The notes: generated from the sequence alone by a model not told the origin. Counted from the first letter of the stretch, positions 50,506 to 60,208 are shown. The stretch is DNA of 64,000 nucleotides from an uncultured Gemmatimonadales bacterium (GCA_963851265.1 CAWKNZ010000008.1:96001-160000); one strand, 5' to 3'. Translations and numbers: made by a program.

Positions 50506-53499
50506 CTAACTACAGCACGCACGAGCGGGCAGGTCGGCTTGCAGCGGCGACGGGACGGCGCTCGGGTCGGATACGCGGAGGAGCGTGTACGCAACACCGG
50601 CGACGCCCCGCAGCAGCCCGGGCGAGAGCGATTCCGCGAGTGCCGGGTACGCGTAGCTCCGGCGGCGCCTCGCGCCCGCGACGACGCGCCCCGCGAGCAC
50701 GCGGGCGTTGTGGACGAACTCGGGCCGTCCAAGCGCCGCGGCCGCGGCGAGGTTGACCTCGACTCGCGCGAAGGCACCGCAGCAGAGCGTCCACGGTGCC
50801 CGGCCGTCCATCGCGGCGTCCGACGCCGCGCCAGCCAACGCGGAGCGCCACAGCGCCTGCTCGTCGCCCGTGCCGGCCTCCGCGGCGAGCGCCGCCGCGC
50901 ACGCAAGGCCCAATCCGGGCGTGCCGCGACACCAACCACGGATCGTCGACGGACCACGCCCGCACTCGCGGCCGTCCGCCGCAGCGGTCAACGCTGCGCG
51001 CACCTCCGGCGACGCGAACCGTTCGTCACCGGCGCGCGTGCCGAGCCGGAGGAGTGCGGCCACCACGCCGGGGGGCCCGTGACCGAACCCGGGCTCGCCA
51101 ACCCTCCACTCGCACCGCACTAGGAGCCACTCGCCCCAGGCCAGGGCGAGATCAAGGGCGTCGGCGTCACCCGTAACGCCGTGTACGGCGAGGGCCCCGA
51201 GTACGCCGCCCGCCGCGCCGGCGAAAACGTCCGCCAGCACGCGGGGACGCGGCGGGCCCATTCGCACGAGCGCCGCGCGTGCCGCTTCGAGTAAACCGGC
51301 GTCGCCGAGGAAAGCCGCCGCACTCGAGAGCGCATACGCGATGCCGCCCCACCCCACCGCCAGCCCGGGTCCGGACGACACGGTACGGCGCGCCGGCTGC
51401 CGCGCGGAGTCGCACACCGGGCGCAGCGCGCGGTACGCCCACTCAGTCGCCTCGTCCGCATCGATTCCGTGTCCGCGCAGCACGTACGCGTGTGCGGCGA
51501 AAAACAACCCGATCCCTGCCCGTCCCGCCTCCAACCCGTCGCCGGCGGCAGCGATCCACCGCTGACCCCCGCCGACATCCTGCGCGTACCAGCGCGCGCC
51601 GCCCCCGGGCGACGTCGCAGCGACCGACCGGAGCAACGCGGCGAGTTGCCCCGCCTCGGCGAGCGCCTGGTCCGGCGTCAGCGGAGCGCCGTCGACCGGC
51701 GCTGCGGCGTCATGATCGCTGTCCCTCCTGCGTCGATGCCGGTCGGCGGCTAACGCGATCTTGATGTGATGAAGTTGACGGCGAAGCCGCGCGTCGCTCA
51801 TCTGCGCGACCCCGCGCCGGACGCTCGCGTACCCCGACATGCTGGCGTACCCCGCGACGAGTACTTCGCCCCCGGGCCCACACAAGTCCGTGCCGTCGGC
51901 AGGGACGGTGAAGATGGGCACGTCCGACCGCTGCATGGCATCGCGCTCCGCGTCCAACGTGGGCCACAGCCCCGGCCGTTCAGCGGCGCGGAGGTACGGG
52001 CCGCGGAGGACGTCGAGCTCCGCCAGACGCTTGGCCTCCCCGCCGAGGAAGTCGGGGTGCGTCGTGCGGCGCAGCAGCACCAGATACACCGACGTCGCCC
52101 GCAATAACACGCGTGACGCTCCGCCCGCGAACGCGGCGAGCGGGCCGGTGCCGGAGAGGAGTTCGGCCCGGCGCGCGCCCAGAACCTGATACGTCCGCCG
52201 AAACCCGCGCTGCACGGCCGCCGCAGCCGCCGTCGCGTCATACCCCCGGACCGCGGTTCGCGGCTCACGGGCTTGCGCTTCCGATTGCGGGTCCGTTGGA
52301 AGGCGCGTACGCGAGCCCCAGTGCATGGCGTCCGTGTTGACCTGCGTCCACCACGGCCCGTCCTGCCCGGGCGCGGCGGCGCGGGCACTCGTGTCGAAGT
52401 TAGGCAATAGGATTCCGCCTTCTAGGTAGCCGACGCCGTTGCCGGCCACCCTCGCTTCGGGCAGCAACCCGGTGTCGAGCACGCTCGGCTCGAGCCCGTC
52501 GTGGGCGTGTGCTCCCTCCGACGGAACCGGCCGGCAAAGCACCTCCAAGTCGATCATCACGGGATGTTCACCGGCCGCCACCACGTTCTCGGAGTGCAAA
52601 TCGCTGCCGCGCAGCACGTGCGCGAGGCAGAGGACCGCGCCCATGCGCTCGAAGTAGCGCGCGGACGCTGCCTCGTCGGCACACGGCGACGCAGCCGCGT
52701 GCTCGGCCCACCCGTGCGTGCCGCGGTCCAAGACTCGCAGCGCACGTGGACGCGGGGTGCCAGGCGGTAAAGCCTTGTCTAGCCAGGCTACGAGTTCGGC
52801 GTACGCGACGTCGAACACCAGCGAACGCGGCTTGTAAACGACCGGGCCCCCATGCGGGGGGTGGAGGATGGCGACTTGTCGCGCGTGGGCGTGTGGGTCG
52901 GAAAGACCCGCCTCGACGCGCAGGATGCGCCCGACCTTCCCGCGCCCCAGCGCCGCCGCAACAGCACACGCGTCCGCGGCGAACCGGACGAGCAGCTCCG
53001 CCGTCGCGTCGACCCAGTCGGCGACTAACGTCGCGACGAGGCGCGCGAGCACGGGGTGGGCAGCGAACAGGTCGCCGAGCCCACCCGCGAGCTGCGCACG
53101 AACGAACGCGGCGTACGCGCCAGGGGGCCGGTCCGGGTACCCGGAGTTGTAAACCCGGTAGAGCGCGCGCGTCGACAGCTCGGAGACGCGGGCCAGCAGT
53201 ACCCGCTCAACCCCGGCGTGCGCGGCGCCGGTGAAGCACGCGTACGCCCGCCGTCCGGATGCACGGCGCACGCGCCGCCGCGCCACAACGAGCAGGGGCG
53301 CCCAGACGTGCTCGAAGGGGACCGGCGCCCCCGGCGTGAACGCGCGGTCGCGCGGCAGCACTGTGGCGCCGGGCGCAGCACGCGTCGCAATCCGGTATGA
53401 CGCGTGCCGCAGCTCCGTTAGGAGGGCCGCTCCGAGCCCGTCTTCCCTTGCGCCGTTCCCGCACCGCACGGACTCATTTCTGCGCGTCGTACCAGTCAT
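50506..53499 (-). CDS. lanM: Class II lanthipeptide synthetase LanM (copy 1, WC...CCG cyclase)
   Basis: SDPH, VVYKPR, DLHSENV, IDLE, SVLDTGLLP, DVPIF; cyclase GFGHG, WCRG, LCCG. Exact start is uncertain. Confidence 0.9.
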   Translation of the reverse strand: MTGTTRRNESVRCGNGAREDGLGAALLTELRHASYRIATRAAPGATVLPRDRAFTPGAPVPFEHVWAPLLVVARRRVRRASGRRAYACFTGAAHAGVERVLLARVSELSTRALYRVYNSGYPDRPPGAYAAFVRAQLAGGLGDLFAAHPVLARLVATLVADWVDATAELLVRFAADACAVAAALGRGKVGRILRVEAGLSDPHAHARQVAILHPPHGGPVVYKPRSLVFDVAYAELVAWLDKALPPGTPRPRALRVLDRGTHGWAEHAAASPCADEAASARYFERMGAVLCLAHVLRGSDLHSENVVAAGEHPVMIDLEVLCRPVPSEGAHAHDGLEPSVLDTGLLPEARVAGNGVGYLEGGILLPNFDTSARAAAPGQDGPWWTQVNTDAMHWGSRTRLPTDPQSEAQAREPRTAVRGYDATAAAAAVQRGFRRTYQVLGARRAELLSGTGPLAAFAGGASRVLLRATSVYLVLLRRTTHPDFLGGEAKRLAELDVLRGPYLRAAERPGLWPTLDAERDAMQRSDVPIFTVPADGTDLCGPGGEVLVAGYASMSGYASVRRGVAQMSDARLRRQLHHIKIALAADRHRRRRDSDHDAAAPVDGAPLTPDQALAEAGQLAALLRSVAATSPGGGARWYAQDVGGGQRWIAAAGDGLEAGRAGIGLFFAAHAYVLRGHGIDADEATEWAYRALRPVCDSARQPARRTVSSGPGLAVGWGGIAYALSSAAAFLGDAGLLEAARAALVRMGPPRPRVLADVFAGAAGGVLGALAVHGVTGDADALDLALAWGEWLLVRCEWRVGEPGFGHGPPGVVAALLRLGTRAGDERFASPEVRAALTAAADGRECGRGPSTIRGWCRGTPGLGLACAAALAAEAGTGDEQALWRSALAGAASDAAMDGRAPWTLCCGAFARVEVNLAAAAALGRPEFVHNARVLAGRVVAGARRRRSYAYPALAESLSPGLLRGVAGVAYTLLRVSDPSAVPSPLQADLPARACCS

Positions 53500-53650
53500 T
53501 CATCTTCTGTATCACCCAATCGATCACGTCACCGCCGGCAACGGACTCGAGTTCGTCGTCGTTGAGCACCCCATCGGCGTCCTCACGTGCCGGGGCGGTC
53601 GCGGTATCAGGGGTAGGGGGGGTGCTCGGGGTCTGCTCGGAATCCGCCAT
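53474..53650 (-). CDS. Short double-glycine precursor (core DVIDWVIQKMNDWYDAQK)
   Basis: LNDDELESVAGG; GGAGG RBS before ATG 53650. Confidence 0.8.
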   Translation of the reverse strand: MADSEQTPSTPPTPDTATAPAREDADGVLNDDELESVAGGDVIDWVIQKMNDWYDAQK

Positions 53651-53720
53651 GGTGGTGTCCTCCGGTGTGCGAAGCAGTGTGCGATTCGCCGCGTACGGCC
53701 GCCTTCGACCGTGATTCGAG

Positions 53721-53847
53721 GGCAGACGGCGTGCACGGCCCGCGGCTTTGCGCAAATCGTTGGTGCCTTGGACTTGCACGTTTCGATCGGCACCGTCGCC
53801 GCACGCATGTTGCGCCCCCGTGCCGGCCCGTAGAGCCAGGGCGCTAT
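53721..53847 (-). promoter_or_regulatory. Degenerate sigma54 promoter + IHF-like site + UAS
   Basis: gTGCACGCCGTCTGCc (the -24 GG is TG); CAACGATTTG near 53755; GTAGAGCcaggGCGCTAT at 53830-53847. Confidence 0.6.
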
Positions 53848-54135
53848 CGCCGCCCTGGTGGCGCGTCCTGAACATCGGCGCCGAACACCGCACAGCGATG
53901 TCCGCGGGGAAGGCCGGCAGCAATGTCACCACTCACCGCGGTGAAGCCGTGCAGCGCCCAACGACGCCGAGGGCGCGGACGCACACCGCCATCAAGGGCC
54001 GGTGCCCGTCGACGTGCCGGCCGAGTGGATCACAGCCACGCGGCGTATCGCCTAATACGGCTACGGCGCTGGGGCGACTGGAGCGTCGTCGGCAGAATGT
54101 CGGCCACGGCGTCAGCGTTGCCCGTTCGAACTCCG

Positions 54136-55285
54136 TCACTCGTACGCGTACACCACCTTCCCGAAGCGCTCGCGGTCGTTGAATGTGCGATTGAGGAACG
54201 GCGCGACGTCGTCACCGGTGAATACGGAATCTGTCACCACGAGCAGCGCGCCCGCGGCATAGTCGCTCAATGCCCGCTCAAGTCCGTCGCTGAGGCCGAT
54301 GCAGTTGCCGACGATCGACAAGTTCTTCATGATCGCGGTCTGGAGGAGACTGGTCAGCCCGAACGGATTCCACACCGGCAGTGCGCGCCGCGTGAGGACT
54401 CTGGCCCGCGAAGCCGCACGTGATGTACGTCCCGAACGGCTGCCAGCAGCTCCAACGCGTCTTCCGCGACATGCAGGTCGAAGAACGGATCCAGCACAGC
54501 TTGGAAGCTGGAGGCCCGCCGCGGCCACGGCCGCCGCAAGCGCGCCGGCAGTCCCGGGCTCACGGGGTGCCCCAGCAGCCGCACGCGGCACGACGAGGAC
54601 CTCGGACACTCCGAGCGCCCGAATCTCGTCGGCGCGATCTTCCGACGTCGTCGACGCGTAAATCTCCGCGCTGCTGGACGCGGAGTGCCCCGATGAGCGC
54701 GAGCGACGTGTTGGAACTTCCCGCCGTCACCAGCACCCGCGTCCCCGGGCCGATGCCGGCGCGCCGAACCATGCTGTATGCGGTCTGTGCGTTCAGCGCG
54801 AACCCGGCGGCGACTGCGTCCGGCATGCACGCCGGGATCGCGGCGAGCTTCTGTTCCGGGATCACCTGCCACTCGCGCGACGCACGGTTACTGACGACCC
54901 CTTCCCGCACGCCGCCAGGCGGCGTGGCCGCACCCGTGTAGTGCTGGTCGGGGACCACGCGGTCGCCCGGGCGGAGCCCCGTCACCTCCCGCCCGACCGC
55001 GGCGACGACGCCGGTGAATTCTGAGCATATCGGAACGAAGCGGCGCGGCGGCACCGACGCCATCAGGCGGACGAAGGCGCGGTCACGGTAGTTGCACGAT
55101 GTGGCCGTGACTCGTACGAGCACCCGGCGCGCATCGTCCGCCCCCTGCGGGTCGAACCGCGGCGGCGACGTGTGAACGACGCCGCACCCGACGGTCGCGC
55201 CGTCTACGGTGACGGCCCGAGGGGCGCCGAGCCCAGCGGTGCTCAGCCGGCGCGCGCGGCCCCCAAATACGACGACGTTTCGCAT
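54136..55285 (-). pseudogene. Zn-dependent MDR dehydrogenase, LanJ(A)/LtnJ-like, with about 4 frameshifts (real or sequencing errors)
   Basis: SCNYRD, SEFTGVV..VG..V..L.PGDRV, QTAYSMVRR, VLVTAGSSNTS; then in shifting frames AEIYASTTS, VLDPFFDLH, FGTYITCG, KNLSIVGNCIG, RFGKVVY. Confidence 0.7.
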
Positions 55286-55322
55286 CAGCGTGAGGGGCAG
55301 GGTAGGTGGGGACCCCAGCGTG

Positions 55323-58300
55323 TTAGGCCCACAGGAGCACATTCGGGACGACGTCCGGCGCCGCCAGCCGCAGCAACTGGTAGCCGATCCCGGCGCTCCC
55401 CTGTGCAAGTCCTACCGCGATCGCCCCCCATCCGGTGTTGTACGCGCCGTCGACGCTGGCGCGCGCCATCACGTGGTCGGCGGCACCGCGGGCCTCGGCG
55501 ACGAGTTCGGGGCGGCGGAGGTGCCGCCCCGCACTCAGCAGAAGCTCGGTACGCCCCATGACGCCGCAGCACAGCGTGTCCGGGCCGGCGAGGAGCCGGT
55601 CCCGCGTGCGGCGCACGGCGGCATGCACCTCGGGTGAGACGTCCGGCCACGCGTCGGCTGCATCGGTCGCGGGACGGGTCACGGCCAGCCGGGCCAGACC
55701 GATGCCGCCCGCGCCGCGAGCCCACGCGGCCCGCGCGTCGTCGTCCCCCGAGAGCCCGCAGAGTTCTGGGCCCAGCACGGTGCGCTCGTACGCGAAGGCG
55801 TCCGCCGACGCCGACGCGAAGCGGGCCTCGCCGGTCGCTGTGGCCAGGCGGTGCAGCGCGTACGCGATCCCCGCATGCCCGTGCGCCATGCCAGTCTCGG
55901 GCTGGCCGCGCGGGCCGGGCCAGTACCCCGCCGCCGTCGCGCCGGCGCCTTCCCGCCGCCGCAGCAGGTGGTCGCCCAGCGCCACGGCGCGCTCCAGCGC
56001 CGCGCCGCCCGGCGCGTCGGCGAGCGCGAGCAGGCCGAGGATCGCGCCAGCCGACCCGGCCATCAGGTCACCACTGTCCCGTTCCTCGACGCACGCGACG
56101 TCGATCAGCGCGGCAACATCGGCGGCGGCGTGCATTGTCGCGGTGTCGTTAACGAGGGTACCCAGGCGGGCGAGGGCGTACGCCGTGGAGCCGAGGCCGG
56201 TGCCGGCGCCTACGTCCGTCCAGCGCCGCACGCGCACGGAGCGTCGCAGGTCGGGGAGGTGGGCGTGGAGCGGACGCAGTGACGCGAGCGCCTGGTCCGC
56301 GAACCGCCCGTCGCCTGTGACCCTGGCCAGCACCGCCAGGAAGAGGGCGAAGCCCACGTATCCGTCGAGCAGGTTCGCTGGCGCCGCGCCGAGCACGTAG
56401 CGTCGCGACGCCGCGTGGTACATGGGCGCGACCCACGCCCCCACCGCACACCGCCGCGCGCGCGACCGGGCGATCACGCGCTCCGCGATGGCGACGCCTG
56501 CGGCGAGCGCGCGGTCCGTGAAACCGTCGCCGGCCGCGGCGGCCGTGTCCGAGGGAATCGGCACCCCGGCGACCTTCGCGCGGCGGGCCCGCCGCTCCGC
56601 CGGCGGAGCGGCGGGCCCGCGCACGTCGTCCACGTCGACGGCCGCGAACGAGGCGCGGATGAGCTCGACCTGCGCCTCCTCGTCCTCGGGGCTGAGCGCG
56701 CGCATGCGCCGTACGGCCATGTCGAATGCCGAGGTCCGGAAGCACCCCTCGATCACGTCTCCGGTCGGAAGCACCAAGGCGGTGCTGTCCGCGTCGGCCG
56801 TGAACAGGGGAATGTCGAGCCGCTCGAGTGCTTCTTGCTCGGCGCGCAGGACGGGCCAGATCGTCGGCCGATCGGCGCGCGTCAGGAACGTGCGGCACAG
56901 CACGTCCAGCTCCACGCCGCGGCGCACGCCGTCGCGCAACAGGTTGGGGTGGTTGCAGCGCTCGAGCAGCGCCGCGTACAGGCTGGTGTTGCGCAGGATG
57001 AAGCGGACGCGCTGCCGCCGCATGCACGCGATCGGGCCACCCGGCGCCAACACCTCGTCGCGGCCGGCGAGGAGGGCGGCGTAGGTCCGCCGGAACCCCA
57101 CGACGAGCGCCTCCACGTGCTCACGCGCGGTAACCGCGCGGCCGTTCACCATCGGGAGGTTCGCGGGGTGCCGTTGGGCCGGCGCGCGCACTCGAACGGG
57201 CCGCATGGCCGCCGTATTCGCGGCAACCCACGTGCTGACCACCGAGTCGTCGGTGGGCTGCGCGCCCGCGCGAAACGCGCCCACCTCAACCGCCCCCCCC
57301 GAGTCGTCGACCTTGAGTTGTGGCAGCATGTGCAAGGCGAGCACGGAATCGAACAGGAAACGGCGGGCGGTTCCGTCGGCCATCGCCTGGTCGGGCGGCT
57401 CGTCGGTCGGCGCGAAGTCAGGGCTGAGCAGCGTCTCCAGATCGATGAGCACCGGCTGGTCGCCGGCAGCGATCAAGTTTTCGAAGTGGAAGTCCGATCC
57501 GTTGAGCGCGTACGCGATGCACAACAGCGCCCCGCACCGCTCGTAGAACCGGGCGACGTCGCCCTCGCGCGCGCACGGGGCGTGGGCGGCGAACTCCAGC
57601 CACCCGTGTGTCGGGCGCGCCACCACGCGCAACGGCGCCAGCGACAGCGCGGGCGCGCGGGCGTTGAGCCACCGCGCGAGGTCGCCGAAGCACTCCTCCA
57701 GCCCGACCGGGCGCGGCTTGTAGACCACCCGGTGGCCGCCGGCAAAGTGTAGGATCATCACGCCGCGGCCGCCCTCGTGCGGATCGGAGAGCGAGCACGA
57801 GAGGTCGACGACGGGGCCGAGCGGCTTCCCACCCGCCAGCACGTCGCGGATGCGCTCCGCGTCGTCGGCGAGGCGCGCGATCAGCTCCGCTGCGGCTTCA
57901 ACCCACAGGTCGACGATCGTCGCACACAGCCGAGCGGCCACGGGATACTCGACGAAGAACGCCCGCATGCCGCCGGCGCGCATGCCCGCGACGAAATCCG
58001 CGTACGCGTCGCCCGCCGTCGGCCCCATGCCCAGTGCCGCGTGCCGGCAGACCCGGTCGACCGAGAACGACACGAACAGCGCGCGCGCGCACGTCTGGCT
58101 GAGCCGCTGGAGGGCGGCTCCTTCCAGCGCGGCGTGCGCCTGCGGGGTCAGGAGGTCGTGCGCCGGCCCGACTCGCGCCCGTACGCGCTCGCGAGCGACC
58201 CGCATGAGCGGCGCGAATACGTCGCCGAACGCCACGGCAGCCGCGCCGCCGGCGGACGGCACCTCGACCGCTTCGGCGGCGGGCGCCGCTTGTAGCCGCG

Positions 58301-58610
58301 GCCCGTACGCGGCTGTGAGTGTGGCCGACCACCCGAGGTCGGCCGGCGTCGGGTCGGTGTCCCCCAGCATCCGCGCGACCACCGCGGGATCGAGCCCGTC
58401 CCACGTGAGGCGCCGATGAAGGCTGGGCCAGTCACCGCGGCTGAGGGTGGCGCACCACCCCTGCAGCTCGGGCGGTTGGACGCCCGCGTCGTGGCCCGCG
58501 TCGTGGCCCGCGCTACGCCGCCGCACACCATCGAGCCGAGACTGAAGTGTGGCGGCGCGCGTGAGCGAGAGCAGGACGGCGCCGTCGCGGGCGGTGTGAG
58601 CAAGCGTCAT
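55323..58610 (-). CDS. lanM: Class II lanthipeptide synthetase LanM (copy 2, cyclase motif WC changed to WA)
   Basis: SDPHEGG, VVYKPR, DFHFENL, IDLETL, DIPLF; cyclase GMAHG, WARG, LCCG. Confidence 0.92.
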   Translation of the reverse strand: MTLAHTARDGAVLLSLTRAATLQSRLDGVRRRSAGHDAGHDAGVQPPELQGWCATLSRGDWPSLHRRLTWDGLDPAVVARMLGDTDPTPADLGWSATLTAAYGPRLQAAPAAEAVEVPSAGGAAAVAFGDVFAPLMRVARERVRARVGPAHDLLTPQAHAALEGAALQRLSQTCARALFVSFSVDRVCRHAALGMGPTAGDAYADFVAGMRAGGMRAFFVEYPVAARLCATIVDLWVEAAAELIARLADDAERIRDVLAGGKPLGPVVDLSCSLSDPHEGGRGVMILHFAGGHRVVYKPRPVGLEECFGDLARWLNARAPALSLAPLRVVARPTHGWLEFAAHAPCAREGDVARFYERCGALLCIAYALNGSDFHFENLIAAGDQPVLIDLETLLSPDFAPTDEPPDQAMADGTARRFLFDSVLALHMLPQLKVDDSGGAVEVGAFRAGAQPTDDSVVSTWVAANTAAMRPVRVRAPAQRHPANLPMVNGRAVTAREHVEALVVGFRRTYAALLAGRDEVLAPGGPIACMRRQRVRFILRNTSLYAALLERCNHPNLLRDGVRRGVELDVLCRTFLTRADRPTIWPVLRAEQEALERLDIPLFTADADSTALVLPTGDVIEGCFRTSAFDMAVRRMRALSPEDEEAQVELIRASFAAVDVDDVRGPAAPPAERRARRAKVAGVPIPSDTAAAAGDGFTDRALAAGVAIAERVIARSRARRCAVGAWVAPMYHAASRRYVLGAAPANLLDGYVGFALFLAVLARVTGDGRFADQALASLRPLHAHLPDLRRSVRVRRWTDVGAGTGLGSTAYALARLGTLVNDTATMHAAADVAALIDVACVEERDSGDLMAGSAGAILGLLALADAPGGAALERAVALGDHLLRRREGAGATAAGYWPGPRGQPETGMAHGHAGIAYALHRLATATGEARFASASADAFAYERTVLGPELCGLSGDDDARAAWARGAGGIGLARLAVTRPATDAADAWPDVSPEVHAAVRRTRDRLLAGPDTLCCGVMGRTELLLSAGRHLRRPELVAEARGAADHVMARASVDGAYNTGWGAIAVGLAQGSAGIGYQLLRLAAPDVVPNVLLWA

Positions 58611-58745
58611 GGTGCGGCGTCGGGCGTGGCGAGGGCGGTGACCGAGGACGTGGTGAACTCCTGCCGGCAGGCCGGCCCGAGGCGCGGGCAGCGGTGGTCG
58701 GCTGCCGCGCGCCCCGAACGTCGGCGTGGCGCCGGCGGGAGTGGG

Positions 58746-59126
58746 TCAGTGCGTGGCCAGGTAGACGTCGGCGCCGGCGAGCGCGCCGGCAAGCGCCCAG
58801 AGGGCGATGGCAGCTAGCGGCGGCGACCCGCCGGCGACGGCTTCCAACTCCTCGGCCGACAGCTCGACGTTCGGGTCGACGAAGTCCGGCAGCACGAGCG
58901 TCGCGTCGCCCTGGTTCTCGACGAACTTCACGTTCCACGTGGCGTGCAGCTCCTCGGCTGGGCGGCCGACGAACTCGGCGAGCGCGGCGCGCGGGTCGGC
59001 GATGAGCTTGGTGCGGAAGCCGCGGTCCGTGGCCGACCGGGAGAGCATCGACCGGATGGCATCTTCGGCCTGTTTGGCGAAGGCAGGATTCGTGGCGAAC
59101 AGTTCGGCAGTCTGGCGCGTGTCCAT
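58746..59126 (-). CDS. NHLP-leader precursor (core SPPLAAIALWALAGALAGADVYLATH)
   Basis: SRSATDRGFRTKLIADP, KFVEN..DATLVLP, ELSAEELEAVAGG. Confidence 0.9.
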   Translation of the reverse strand: MDTRQTAELFATNPAFAKQAEDAIRSMLSRSATDRGFRTKLIADPRAALAEFVGRPAEELHATWNVKFVENQGDATLVLPDFVDPNVELSAEELEAVAGGSPPLAAIALWALAGALAGADVYLATH

Positions 59127-59164
59127 GACGGGGCCCTCTGGGGTGAAGGTGTTGGGTGGGAGCG

Positions 59165-59533
59165 CTACTTGGTGGCGGCCTGCGCCGCCCATGCGCCGAC
59201 GGCCATGCTACCGACGAAGATCATGAGCCCGATGGCGATCGGATCCGAGCCGCCGGAGACCGCCTCGAGCTCCGACTCCTGCAGCTCGGCGTCGGGGTCG
59301 ACGAACGGGGGAAGCACGAGGGTGGCGTCGGCCGTGTTCTCGACGAAGCGCACGTCCAGGCGCTCGGGGAACGCGGCGCCGAGCGCCTCGTGGAGGGCCG
59401 CACGGGGCTCGTCGAGGAGCTTGCGGCGGAAGTCGGCGTCGGTGGCGGAGCGCGTCAGCACGGAGCGGATTTGGGCGATCCCCTGCTCCGCGAGCTCGGG
59501 GTGCTGCTGGGCGATGGCGACGGTCGTGTTCAT
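59165..59533 (-). CDS. NHLP-leader precursor (core SDPIAIGLMIFVGSMAVGAWAAQAATK)
   Basis: TRSATDADFRRKLLDEP, RFVENTADATLVLP, ELQESELEAVSGG. Confidence 0.9.
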   Translation of the reverse strand: MNTTVAIAQQHPELAEQGIAQIRSVLTRSATDADFRRKLLDEPRAALHEALGAAFPERLDVRFVENTADATLVLPPFVDPDAELQESELEAVSGGSDPIAIGLMIFVGSMAVGAWAAQAATK

Positions 59534-59633
59534 GAGAGTGGGTGGCGGTGGGTCAGGGTGGTGGGACGCGCGGGCTGGCGTCGGCGGACGTTAGGCGTTC
59601 GGGGGCGCCCCGCGGCGGGGGCACCGGCCGCCG

Positions 59634-60001
59634 CTACTTCATGTCCGAGATCATCTTGATCGCGGAGATGACCCCGAGGATGCTCGCGACGATCGAGCCG
59701 ATGCACGGGTCCGTTCCGCCGGCGATGGCCTCGAGCTCCGACTCTTGGAGCTCGGCCTCGGGATCGATGTAGTCCGGGAGCACGATCGTGGCGTCCGCCG
59801 TGTTCTCGACGAAGCGCAGGTCGAGGTCGCCGATGTCGCCGCCGGTCGCCTCCTGGAGCGTCTCGCGGGGCTGCGCGATCAGGCGCTGGCGGAACGCGTG
59901 GTCGGTGGCCGACCGGCTGAGCACGGTCCGGATCCTGTCGTGGTACTCGCGGACCTCCTCGGGCGGTCGGCGGCGATGCGCTCGATCGTTTCGACGTTCA
60001 T
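59634..60001 (-). CDS. NHLP-leader precursor (core TDPCIGSIVASILGVISAIKMISDMK); 1-nt frameshift near 59962
   Basis: AGGAG RBS + ATG 60001 MNVETIERIAADRP, then after a shift in a C-run EEVREYHDRIRTVLSRSATD...ELQESELEAIAGG. Confidence 0.85.
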
Positions 60002-60081
60002 GGTGCGGCTCCTGTTGGGAGAAGGGTGATGGTAACGACATGCAACAAAATCGGGGTGCTGTCCGATCGGTCCTCTCGGAG

Positions 60082-60208
60082 GGCAACGCGCGTACCTCGC
60101 GCGGCGGTCACGTAAGCCGTTGGTGTACAACGACTCGCACGTACGCGCCGTCGCCGCGACCGGCGCCGCGGCGCGCCCGCGCTCTACGGCGTAGGGCCAC
60201 GGCTCCAC
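60082..60208 (-). promoter_or_regulatory. sigma54 promoter + IHF-like sites + UAS of the NHLP-lanM operon
   Basis: aGGTACGCGCGTTGCc (60097-60082); TAAGCCGTTG...CAACGACTCG at 60113-60137; GCTCTACggcGTAGGGCcacgGCTCCAC at 60181-60208. Confidence 0.8.

Noticed and set aside
58746..60001. Calling the cluster a proteusin or TOMM locus because of the NHLP leaders
   Set aside because: No radical SAM epimerase or YcaO gene in the window; the visible modifying enzymes are LanM and an MDR dehydrogenase.
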